Below, in pieces: positions 228,117-240,100 of a DNA stretch of 248,000 nucleotides. The position numbers and the translations under genes were made by a program. The notes under the pieces are model-generated. The model did not search any database. It had not been told where the DNA came from and was given only the letters and a program-made list of their open reading frames with translations. The DNA comes from Hyalangium minutum. Its GTDB lineage: Bacteria; Myxococcota; Myxococcia; Myxococcales; Myxococcaceae. The stretch lies in assembly GCF_000737315.1 (NCBI RefSeq), contig NZ_JMCB01000003.1, positions 20,001 to 268,000 on the forward strand. Direction: 5' to 3'. How positions within the stretch are numbered: the stretch's first letter is position 1; the number at the start of each line of letters is the position of its first letter.

Positions 228117-231100
228117 TCCGCCGCGCTCCGCGATGGCTGTGGCTCGTGCTGGGGCTGGTGACACTGGCCACGGCGTGCGACCGGCGCTCCAGCGAGGAGC
228201 CCGCGTCCGCCGCGCCGCCCGCGCAGGCTGCTCAACAGGCACAGGCGCTGTCCGGAAGCACGTGCGACAGCGTGGCTCCCACCGGCATGGCGCCGGGGTG
228301 GAAGGTGGCGCCGATCCAGGCTGCGGGCCAGAACGTCGCGAGCACGATCTTCCCGGCGTCCGTCGGTGAGCGGGCGATCCTGATCCTGCAGGAGTCGGCG
228401 GAGGCGCTGAATCAGGAGTTCAAGACGGAGGCCTCCCTCAACGGTGTGGACTGGGTGGCCATCTCCCGGCAGAGGCCGCTGGCGGCGCGGGTGGTGCAGC
228501 TGAGTGCCTCGAACCGGCTGGAGCTGGAGACGAACGGAGGCGTGGCACGGACGTCCGTGGCGGCGCTGTCGCCGCTGCCGTGCGCGGCGGTGGAGGCACG
228601 CGTGACGCACGCGGGAGGCTCGGCCGCCACCGTGGAGACGCGCACCTTCACATGGCCCATGGGAGCAGGCCCGGCCCTGCTGGTGGTGGAGTCGGGCAGT
228701 GCGTCGCAGGTGACGGGGCGGGTGGTGCTGGGCAGCCTGACGGTGCAGGTGCCGGCCGCAGGCCAGCTCCCCGTGGTGGAGGTGGTGTCGCCGCAGGCGA
228801 GCAACACGCTGCGAGTCGAGGTGGGAGGCAGCGCGGGCGCGTGGGTCCGGGCAGTGGTGGTGGAGCCGGACATGTTGCCGCCCATCGTGAGCATGGGGCA
228901 GCCCGCGGAGGGCGCGCAGCTGAACGCCTCGCCGGTGGAGGTCCAGGGCACCGCGGGAGCCGGGGCGGTGGCCGTGAAGGTGGGGGCGGTGGACGCGGTG
229001 CTGTCGCAAGGCCAGTACACGGCGCAGGTGCCGCTGGTGGAGGGGCCCAACGCGCTGGTGGCCGAGGTGAGAGACCAGTGCGGCAACGTGGCGCGAGTGT
229101 GCCGGCCGGTGGTGCTGACGACGGCGCCGCCCACCGTTGTTATCGAGGGAGTTACTGACGGCCAGGTCTCGCGCGAGCCACTGCACCCCACGTGGACGGT
229201 GACGAGCAGCGGCCCGGTCACGGTGGAGGCGACGCTGGATGGCGCGCCCTTCGTCGGCGGCACGGCTGTAACGGCCGAGGGCTCGCACGAGCTGCGGGTC
229301 ATGGTGCGGGACGCGGCGGGCCGGGAGGCGCAGGCGCAGGTGGGCTTCGCGATCGACACCACACCGCCGCGACTCACGCTGACAGGAGTGGAAGAGGGGG
229401 AGCGGCGCAATACTCCGGCGGTGCTCGGCTTCACGGTGGAGGAGGAGCACCCGGGCTCGGTGGAGGCCACCCTGGATGGGGCTCCCATGGCCTCGGGGGA
229501 CACGGTCTCGGCGGAGGGCGCGCATGTGTGGACGGTGGCGGCCACGGACGCGGCGGGCAACCGGTCCGAGGTGCAGCGCCACTTCGTGGTGGATGTGACG
229601 GCTCCCACGCTGGAGGTGCTCTCACCCGCGCCGGGCAGCTTCACCCAGGCGGGCTCCGTCGAGGTGGTGGTGGCGGCGGCGGATGACGGGCCGGTGGCGG
229701 GCGTGTGGCTGGGGAACGCGGAGCTGACGCTCGGCACGGACGGGAAGTACCGGAGCCTGGTGGTGTTGGAGGAGGGCAGCAACCTGCTGGTGCTGGTGGC
229801 TCGGGATGCGGCGGGCAACAGCGCGCAGAGCTCGCTGGCCGTGACGCGGGACTCCACGCCGCCCCAGCTCACCCTCACCACCCCGGCCGAGGGCGCGAAG
229901 GTGGCGGGGGACTCGGTGCAGGTGGAGGGACAGGCGCAGGACACCACGCCGCTCACGGTGCGCGTGGCGGGGATGACCGCGGCGGTCGCGGCGGATGGTC
230001 ACTTCCAGCTCTCGGTGGCCGTGGCGCAGGGCCCTGTCTCCCTGGAGGTGGTGGCCACGGATGCGGCGGGGAACACCGCGCGTCTGGTGCGCGGCATCCG
230101 CGTCAACACCACGCCCCCGAGGTTGGATCTGACGGCACCGGCCTCGGGCACGGTCACCGAGGAGTCCTCCATCGAGGTGTCCGGCTTCGCGAGGGCGGCG
230201 GATCGCACGGACACGGTGCGGGTAGAGGTGGCGGGAACCGAGCACGGTGTGAGGGCGGATGGCAGCTTCTCGGTGCAGGTGCCGCTGGAGGTGGGCCTGA
230301 ACACCGTGTCCGTCACGGCGGTGGATGGCTATGGCCTGCGCACCCCGCGCACCGTGCGGGTGGAGCGCCAGGGGCCTCAGGGGCCCGGTCCTGGAGATGG
230401 AGGCTCGGGAGACGGTTCGGGAGGCGGCACGGACGGAGGCTCGGGGGAAGACACCCCGGATGCAGGCAGCGGAGCGCCGGATGCGGGCTCGCCCGGTCCC
230501 GTGCCGGATGGCGGCATCCCGAGCGAGCCTCCGGTGCTGGTGCTGGCCTCGCCCCAGGAGAACAGCCTCTGGGGTGTGGAGCGGGTGTCGGTGCTGGGCC
230601 GTGTGGAGGGCGGAGACCTGCCGCTGCAGGTGACGGTGGATGGACTGCCAGCCGCGGTGACGGGGCGCCAGTTCTCCGCATCGGTGGCGCTGCCTGAAGG
230701 CTCCTCGATGCTGCACGTGCGCGCCGTGGACGCGCTGGGCCGGATCGCCGAGGTGCGGCGGCAGGTGAGGGTGGATCAGACACCGCCCTTCTTGGAAGTG
230801 ACGCGGCCGGAGCAGCCGTCGACGACCGTGAGCGAATCCCCATACCTGGTGGAGGGCCTCGCGGGAGACGCGTACCTCGCGGGCGTCACGGTGAACGGGG
230901 CGCCGGTGATGGTGCTGGCCGGGCACTTCTCGTCCTCGGTGGCCCTGGTCGCGGGAGACAACACCGTGGAGGTGGAGGCGGTGGATCTCGCGGGTAACCG
231001 CTCGCGCGCCGTCCGGACCTTGCGGGTGGAAGCGCTGCCGCCTCAGCTGACCGTGCTGGAGCCGGTCGATGGCTCGGAGGCCACCGAGCCGGTGGTGAGG

Positions 231101-234100
231101 GTGACGGTGAAGGTCGAGTCCTCCGCGCCGCTCGACGAGGTGCGCATCGGCACGGGCATCGCGGCGAACCTGGGCTCGGGCCAGTACACGGCCCAGGTGC
231201 CGCTGGCGCTGGGAGAGAACGTCATCCCCGTGAGCGCGCGGGACACGCTGGGGATGACGGGCTCGGCCACCGTGCGCGTGCGCTACCGCGATCCGAGCAC
231301 TGAGCCGTTGACCGTGACGGGGGTGGATCCCTCGGATCAGGCCACGGAGCTGGAGCCGGACACGCTGGTGAACGTGGCCTTCAACAAGGCCGTGAAGCCT
231401 GCGTCGGTGCGGGCGGGCTTCACGGTGAGCGTGGAAGGGCAGCCGCTGGCGGGCGGCTGGTCCGTCGCGCACGGAGCACAGATCGTCTCCTTCATTGCGC
231501 GCGATCCGCTGCCGGAGGGCGCCACGCTGCAGGTACGGGTAGCGGGCGTGGAGCCGGTGCAGGGGCCGGGGATGCAGGGCGAGTTCCGCAGCATGTTCAC
231601 GGTGCGCCGTCCACTGACCCGGCTGCGCGGCCAGGTGGTGGACGCGCGGCGCGAGCCCGTGTCCGGCGTACGGGTGGAGGTGGAGGGCCAGGGCCTCTTC
231701 ACGCGCACGGGAGCGGACGGCAACTGGGCCCTCTTTGGGGTGCAGCCGGGGCAGGTGGTGCTGCGCTACGAGGGAGGCGCCTCCTCGGAAGGGCAGGTCT
231801 TCCCCACGGTCCGCCGGCGGTTCGCCGTGGAGGCCGAGCGGGACAATGAGGAGTCCACCGTGGTGCTGACGCCCGTGGACGCCGAGTCCGCGGAGCCGGT
231901 GGATACCTCCCTGCCGCTGCACCTCACCTTTGGGGGGAGGCATGGGGCGCTGGAGGTGGACATCCCCGCGGGGGGGCTCATTCTCGAAGGAGGATCGACG
232001 CGCGGCCTGGTGACGCTCACGCAGCTGCCGCTCCACTCGCTCCCGGTGCCCACGGAAGGCGCCTTGCGCCCGGTGGTGGTGTGGCAGCTCCAGCCCGCCG
232101 GGACGCGCCTGGTGCGGCCGGTGGTGCTCCGCCTGCCCAATCGGCTGAGTGCGCCGCCCGGCAGCCGGGCCGCGCTGTTCACGTATGATCCCGAGGCGCA
232201 CCGGCTGCACATCGCGGGGCTGGCCACGCTCAGCGCGGATGGCACACAGCTCGTGTCGGACGGTGTGCTCGAGGCCGGCTCGCTGGAGTACTTCGGCTAC
232301 CTGCCGCTGCCCGAGGAGTCCTCCGTCGCGCGGGCCGGGGCCGTCTCTCCCCGTGTGGCGAACCTGGGCCCGCTGCCCCGGCCACCGTCTGACGGGCTCA
232401 TCCGCCCGCTGACCCAGGGCTTCGGGCTGGATCCTGGCAGCGCGCTCGCCATCTGGGACTCCTACCAGCCCTTCATCGCTCCCGCCGCCGTCATGGGGAC
232501 GGTCCGAGGGCCTCGCGAGCAGGCGGTGGCCCTCGATCTCTCCTCGCCGAGCCTGGGCGAGTCGCGGCGGGTGGCGTTGGATTCGCAGCTGCGCTACCGG
232601 ATGCCGCTCTCGGTTCAGGCCCGCTCGCTCTATCCCCTCTCGAGCAGTGGCCGGGATTCGCTCGTGCTGGCCCTCGAGGGCGTGGGCCCCGAGGGACAAC
232701 GGCTGGGGCCGCCCAGCGGGGGCTCCTGGCGGCAGGAGAGCCCCCAGGGGCAGCGCGCGGAGCTGTCCACGCAGGTCGAACTCTCGCTCGGGACCAGCTC
232801 GCTCTGGGCCACGGGCACCACGGCGCGCGGACGCAACGTACTCCGGCTGAACGCCGAGCTGTCCCTGGCGGATGGAGGCGTACCGGATGGGGGCGCGACC
232901 TCGGGATTGCTGCGCGTCCAGCGGGGGGATGGAGGCTCGGCAGGAGGGGAGGACAGTGAGGGACTGGTCCGCTTCGCGGGCATGCCTGTCCGGGTGACCG
233001 ATGGCTGGCACGAAGGAGGGTCGATCTCCGGCCCGGCGGGCCGGTATGCCGCCTCGATCATCATGCTCCAGTCCTCCTGGATCCCTCCCGCGTCGGTCCT
233101 GGCCTGTGTTCGCCTGCCCATCGGATGGAACGTCCAGAGCTGGGTGGCGTGGGATGGCCGTGTCCGCACGCGCAAGGCCCCCTCCACCGCGGAGGAGTGC
233201 TCGGGCCCCTGGGAAGTCCTGGCCTGGCCTTCGCCCATCATCCCCGACATCGACGTGCTCGTGGATGTGCGGTGGTTGCACGGCAACATCACGTTCGTGG
233301 ATCGGCAGGGCGAGCCGCTCCCGCCGCCGTGCAGCGACTTGGTGGTGCGCCAGGGCACCGAGGTGACCGGGCTGTCGCAAGACGCCGTGCGGAGCACGGA
233401 GGTTCACTTCTTCCGGGAGGATAATCTCTCCACCCCCATCGTCAGCTACGCCGTCGCGGATCCCGAGCAGTGTGACTCGTATCCGGGGGCCCCGCATGGC
233501 CGCTATGCCAAGGTCCGCTACGGTCCCTCCACCCTGAGCCGCGTGGCCTCGCGCCGCGACAGCCAGCGGTTGCTCCCGGGGGACCGGCTGGTGGTGTTCG
233601 CCGTCAACCATGCCACGGGCTATTCGGGCATGGAGGTCGTCACCGTTCCCTCCGTCAACCAATCCTCTCGCGCCGAGGATGGGAGCTGCCCGGCGGATGA
233701 CGCCGCGGGCGGCCCGATGGCCGTGCAAGATGGGAGTCGCACGGTCTCCGTCTCTCGCTGCACGCTGCAGGATCTCGGCATCGAGGCGGATCTCAAGCTG
233801 TACCCGCCGGAGATCGACGTGCGTGTGGAGCGCCAGTCTCGGGCCGAGGGATCTTCCCAGGAGGCCCTGGAGCCCAGCCTTGTCCGCCATAAGGGCGCGG
233901 CCACGACGCGGGACAACTTCGTGAGCGTTGCCACGCACTGGCGCGTCCGGCGCCAGCCCGCGCGCTCGTGGGATCCGGGGGTGTTGCCTCCCGTGAATTC
234001 TTCCTGCGAGGGCGGGAGCCAGGCGGCTGGAAGCACCTGTGCGCCCCAGATCCTCCTGGACGAGGGCCCGCGAGGCACATGGGCGGAGCACTACTGCGGG

Positions 234101-237100
234101 GAACTTCCCGAGCCGCGGACCCCCGAGCAGCAGGCCCTCTGCCTGAAGGATGACCGCGAGCTGGCGGAGGTTCCGGTGGGGGTACCGCCCCTGGCTGGGC
234201 GCGTGGTGCGCATCACTGGCTCGGCGGTGGAGGAGCCAGCGGTGGCGAGCTTCCACGTGGCCCCGGGCCGCTCCACGACGACCGTGCAGACAGCGCTGCG
234301 GCGAGTGGAGCGGGACGGGCGCGAGGTGGTGCTCAACAACCTGACGCGTGCCTACTACTACGTGCAGGTGGTGGGGCACCCCGTGCTCCCGCGGGATCGC
234401 AACAGCGATGGCACGCTGGATCCCTCGGAGGAGAACGCGCCGCCGCCCGACTTCGAGGATGATGAGGACGCCCCGGGGATTCCCGAGGGAGTCGTCACGC
234501 TGAAGAGCGTCTACCGGAGCGTGGAGCCCGAGGGGCGCATCGAGCGCTACGATCGAGCGCTCGAGCACGAGTTCCGGGTGATGGAAGTGGGCTCCTCCCG
234601 GGTCACGGCACGGACGGAGCGGGGCGAGGAGCGCCCGCTGCCCCAGCCGGGGCAGCCTCCGTCGTCTGCGGCCGCCAGCCCGGAGGACGTGGCCTATCAG
234701 TTCCTGCTCAATCTGCTGGAGCCAGAAGATCCGGGGCGGACGGGGCCGCCGAGCAGCCAGTACGTGCTGCGGCTGGGCACGGACTCCTTCGGCATCGAGT
234801 GCCCCATCGAGCTGAACGCCTCGGCGGGCACGCTGCGTGGCACGTGCGAGGGCGAGTACCTGCCGGAGGTGCTGAGCGCGGGGGATGTGCTCTACCTCGA
234901 GGTGTACTTGCGCGGTAACGCGGAGAACGTGCTGTACCGCTTCAACTTCGACGGTCTGTCCATGCGGGAGGACTACCTGGGGGCCTCCAGCCGGTTCACC
235001 GCCCACCGCGCGGTGGAGCAGCAGAATGGCAAGCCCGTGGAGGATCGGCCGATCTCCCGGCTGAACGAGGCGCACTTCTTCCTCTCGCCTCACGAGCTCA
235101 GCTCAGGACGGATCCGGCTCTGCACCAACGCGGAGTGCTCGGGCGACGGGGCGGTCATCAAGGACGCCACCGTCTTGTGGACGGCGGCGGGCTCCTACGC
235201 GGTGAGCGAGCAGGCGACGGGCAGTGCTCCGGGGCGGCTGGTCCAGGAGGTCACGTCAGGCGCAGGGAACGCGCGCCACCTTCGGCTGGGACTGCCTGCC
235301 TCGGTGACGGCGATGCCGGGGATCGCGGCGGCGGGCGCGGGGATCTTCCTGGTCAAGGACAGCGAGTCTCCGCCACGAGCGCGGCAGGTGGAGCGCCTGG
235401 GAACGCCGAAGGGACGCTTCCAGGGGCTGAACGCGCAGGCGCCGGGCCAGGAGGCCGTGGCGGGCATCAATGTGGCGGATCTGCACCTGGCCCTGACGCA
235501 CACGGACTTCGCGGTGCCGCAGCTCGCGGGAGAGGTCTCCTTCTCCAGGACCTATGCCAACCAGAACGATCTGCCCTCGCCCATGGGCGTGGGCTGGAGG
235601 CACGAGCTGGACGGCTTCGTGCTCGAGGAGAGCCTCGGCCGCTATGTCGTGAACCTGGGTGGGCAGGCCTGGGGCTTCATCCGGTGCACCACCGTGGATG
235701 AGGAAGCGCAGACCGCCAGCGGGTGCATGACGGACAAGACCCACGGCATGTCGCTGAAGGTTGACAGCGAGGGCGTCCAGCTCACCACGGAGCAGGGGAG
235801 TGTGTACCGGTTCAACCGGCCGGCGGTGAAGCGGGACCAGGAGGGCCGGCGCAAGTGGCTGCTGACCAAGTTCCACGATGGCCATGGCCGAGGCGAGCAG
235901 GACGGGTGGACGCACCTCACCTATGCCGAGGGCACCAACCGGCTCACGCAAGCGAAGCGCACGCCTGGGGAGCTGTCGCTGGAGCTCAAGTACTGCGAGG
236001 ACTTCTCCCGCGAGGACTGCGATGGCGTGGCGCCGGACGCGCCTGGCAACCTCAAGTTCCTGGCGCGCAGCGAGGGCTTCAAGCTGCTGAAGGGCGTGGT
236101 TCTCAAGAACAGCCAGGGCCAGGAGCTGCACATCGTGCGCTTCAAGCACGACCGGTGGGGCAACCTGCTGGAGGCCGAGCGCACCACGGATCCGCCCACG
236201 CAGAAGTGGAAGTACACCTACGCGCCCATTGCCGATGACGTGCCGTCCATGATGGCCTGGCGTGCCATCAATGAGCTGTCCGAGGCTCGCCTCGAGGTGG
236301 CTGGTCATCCCCAGTGGGTCGCCACCTACGGGCGCGGCGGCGCCGAGTGCTATGCGCACCTCGAGGCCTTCGAGTGTGTGAGCTCGGTGACGCAGACAGG
236401 CTTCATGGGCAACGTCCTTCAGGTGCAGGGCGAGGCGGGCCATCGCCAGCTCAAGCTCCCCACGGGGAACTCCGCGGAGGTGTCACTCAATGAGTATGGG
236501 AACGTCACCTCCTCGGCGTCGGAGGGGCAGGCGGCGCGGCGGCTGACGTGGCCCAGCTCCCAGCGCGGGGGCGAGGTGCGGCTGGAGAAGTCAGTCTCTC
236601 CGAGCGGCCGGACCCTGCGCTATGGCACGGATCACCAGCTGCGCCTGGACGAGGTGAAGCTGGAGGGGAGCTCGGACGTGGTGGGGCTCGAAGCGGGGGC
236701 GCTCGTCTCCGTGTTGGCACGCGATGCCCGGGGCTTGCCTACCTCGGGGAAGCTGTCCACGGCCAATGGTCCGGCCGAGTGGTCCATGCCCCGCTCTCAG
236801 TCGGGGGACGTGCTGGGCCTCTCACTGGGGGGCACGCAGCTCTTCTCGCGGGTCACGGACGAGGAGGGCCGGATCACCTCGGAGCGGGATGCGCTGGGCA
236901 ATACGACCACGTTCACGTTTGGCGCGTTGGGGTTGCCTGTCAGGATCCAGGTGTCCTCGGACTCCGCGACGTCGGGGCTCGTCCGCTACACGCTGGTGCT
237001 GGAGTACGACGCCTATGGGCGTCTGATCCGCCGCTTCAATGAGACGACGGGCGAAGCGGAGTCCTGGCGTTACGACGGCCAGGGCAACATGCTCGAGCAC

Positions 237101-240100
237101 ACGCTCACGGGGGAGCCGTCCGAACGGTGGACGTACACCTATACGTACGGCGATCAGCGGCTCACCGTGGTGGAGCGCCTGGAAGGCACGGCCTACACCC
237201 GCACCGCCCTCTTCGAGCAGGGGCTGCTGAAGAGCGAGCAGCTCAGCTACGGCACGGGCAACGCGTCACGTGCCTATGAGTACGAGGGCGGGCGGCTCAA
237301 GAAGAAGACAGACGAGCTGTCAGTCACCTGGGAATACACCTACGACAGCGCGGGCCGGCTGAAGGTGGTGAAAGCGAATGGCCGGACCGTGGAGTCCTAC
237401 GGGCTGGATGAGGACGGCATCCTCATCTCCACCACGGACCGCGAAGGGCACACCACCCAGATCGGCAACGACTCGCTGGGGAGACCCGTCTCGTGGACCT
237501 ATGAGGATGGGTACAAGGAGGAGGTGCGGCGGGATGCCCAGGGCGCCATCGTCTGGGAGAAGAAAATGTCTCCCGGCGCGGACAGAGCCCACGTCTTCGC
237601 TCAAGAGGTGGACGCGCTCGGACAGGTTCTGAGCCGCCGGAGCGCGGAAAATGGGAGCGGAGTGGAGATCGTCTCCACCTATGACGCCGCGGGGAGAGTG
237701 CGGACGCGAGAGGATCGGGGCAGGGGCCTGAACGAGTCCTTCGAGTATGGTGACGTGCTCGGAAGGCTGACGCGCTATCAGCGGACCGTGGCGTCCGCCG
237801 CGGGGAGCCAGAACTGGATCGAGACCCGTCAATACGTGGATGAAGGGGGCCGCACGGAGCTCCGCATCCTGCGCCAGATCGACACGGGTTTAGGGCCGCG
237901 GCAAGAGAACCAGGTCCTGGTGCTGGATGCGCTGGGGCGGGTGCTGAAGGACCAGCGTCTGGGTGCGGGGGTCTTCGAGTACACCTACGACGCGCGAGGC
238001 AACGTGCTGGAGCGTCGGCACTCCGTGCTGGGAACCACGTCGTATACCTACGACGGGTTGGGGAACCTGCTGTCGATGACGGAGCCGGGGGGCGTCACCA
238101 CCACGTACACGGTGGATGCGGCAGGCCGGGTGCTCACGCAGGAGGGGCCTCACGATCAGGAGCGGTGGACGTTCACCTACGATCTGTTCGACCGGCCGCT
238201 GACGCAGGTGCTGGCGCAGGCCGGGAGCTCGCCGCAGGCTGCGTGGAGCTTCGAGTATCCGGGGAATGGGATCGTCATTGAGACGGATCCTCTGAGTATC
238301 GCGACGACCCGGCGTTTCAACTCGCGCGAGCTGCTGCTCTCGGAGGAGCGAGGGAGCCAGACGGCGGAGTACGCCTACGATGGAACGTGGCCTCGCCTGC
238401 ACCTCATCTCCCATGAAGGTTCGGAGCGGAAGCTGACGCGGAGCTTCGATGACCTCGGGCGGCCGCTCCAGCAGGTGGAGTTCTGGAAACAGGGGGACCA
238501 CTCCTATACGTACAGCACGACCACGGCTTGGACGGGCAGGCGCGGGACTCGCCAGGAGCGGTGGGAGGCCACGGACGCGAGCGTCCGGACGCTCACGGCG
238601 ACGATCCGGGTGGACGGGCTGGGGAACCTCATCGAGCAGGAGCAGGGGGGCCTGACGGACGCTTGGGCCTACGATGCGGCCGGACTGTTGGCACGTGAGG
238701 CACTGGCGGGGCGTCCGGAAAAGCGCTTCTTCTACGAGCAGGATCGGCTCGTCCGGATGGAGAACGGCTCGGAGACGACGCTGTACGAGTATGACGCCGC
238801 GGGCCGGCAGTGGAAGGAGACGGATCCTTCGGGGCGCGAGCGCACGCGGGTCTACAACGCACAGGGCCTGGTGGCGAGCGAGCGCTTCGGAGCAGGGGAG
238901 ACGCTGGAGTCCGCGTACACTTACGATCGAGGCGGGGGCCTCCGGACGCTGACGCGTGGCGGGGCACAGTGGAACTTCACGCATGGGCCTCGGGGGGAAC
239001 TCCAGGCCGTCGAACTTCCGGGCGGGCTGGGGACCTTCACCTATCAATACGATGCCTTGCTGCAGCTCAAGGGGGTGACGCCTCCAGAGGGCGGGGGAGC
239101 AGCGGCACAGACCTTCGCGTATGACAACTGGGGCCGGCAGCTGCGCCGGACCCGAGGCTCCAGCGTCTGGTCCACGGCCTGGCAGGGCGGGTTGAGCACC
239201 ACGAGCGACCCGAATGGCGACGTGGTGGAGCAGCTCTACGACGGCCGCGGCCGCGTCGTGCGTGAGCGCTTCGCTCCCGGGAACAGCAGCCGGCCCTTCC
239301 ATGATCTGACAGCGGTGACGTACGCCTATGACGGGCTCGACCAGCTGCTGTTGGCGCAGGAGAGCCGCATCTCGGGAGCGGTCTCCAATGTGTATGACTA
239401 TGACGGGCGGAGCCGGCTGATCTCGATGCGGCGCGGCAGCGAGGAGATCTCATACACATACACGGAGAGCGGGCAGAAGCGGACGGTCACGTCTCCGTCC
239501 GGCACGTTGCGCTACGAATACGACGCGCAGGATCGGGTGCGGCGCATCGAGAGCAGCCAGGGGCCGGTGGTGGCGGTGGGCTGGGAGCCGGGAGGTCTGC
239601 TCTCGGAGGTCAGTGGCAACGGGGTGGTGGAGCGGTACGCGTATTGGGGCCATGGGCTCATCCGCTCCATCGCTTCGCAGTGGGACGGCCCCTCGGCGGG
239701 CACGCTGCGGTACGAGTACGGCTACGATGTGCGCGGCAACCGCCTGGAAGAGCGCTACACGGCACCGGGGGCCACGGCGTTCGAGGTGACGCAATTCGGG
239801 TACGACGCGGCGGACCGGCTGACCGGGGTGCGCTACCCCACAGGCGAGGCCGAACTCTACCTCCTGGCAGCTGACGGCTCGCGCCTGGAGGAGAAGCACC
239901 TGCAGGGGTACTCAGGGGGACTGACTCCCCAGGCGCTGGCCAACGCCACGAATGCCACCCAGCACTGGCGGTACGCGTATGACACCGCGGGAGGGCTGCA
240001 ACGCATTGATGACGTGTTGACGGGGGGCGTGGAAGCCCAGGTCACCACGGACGCGGGAGGCCGCGTCGTCGCGGAGATGCGAGGTGGCACCACGCGGCAG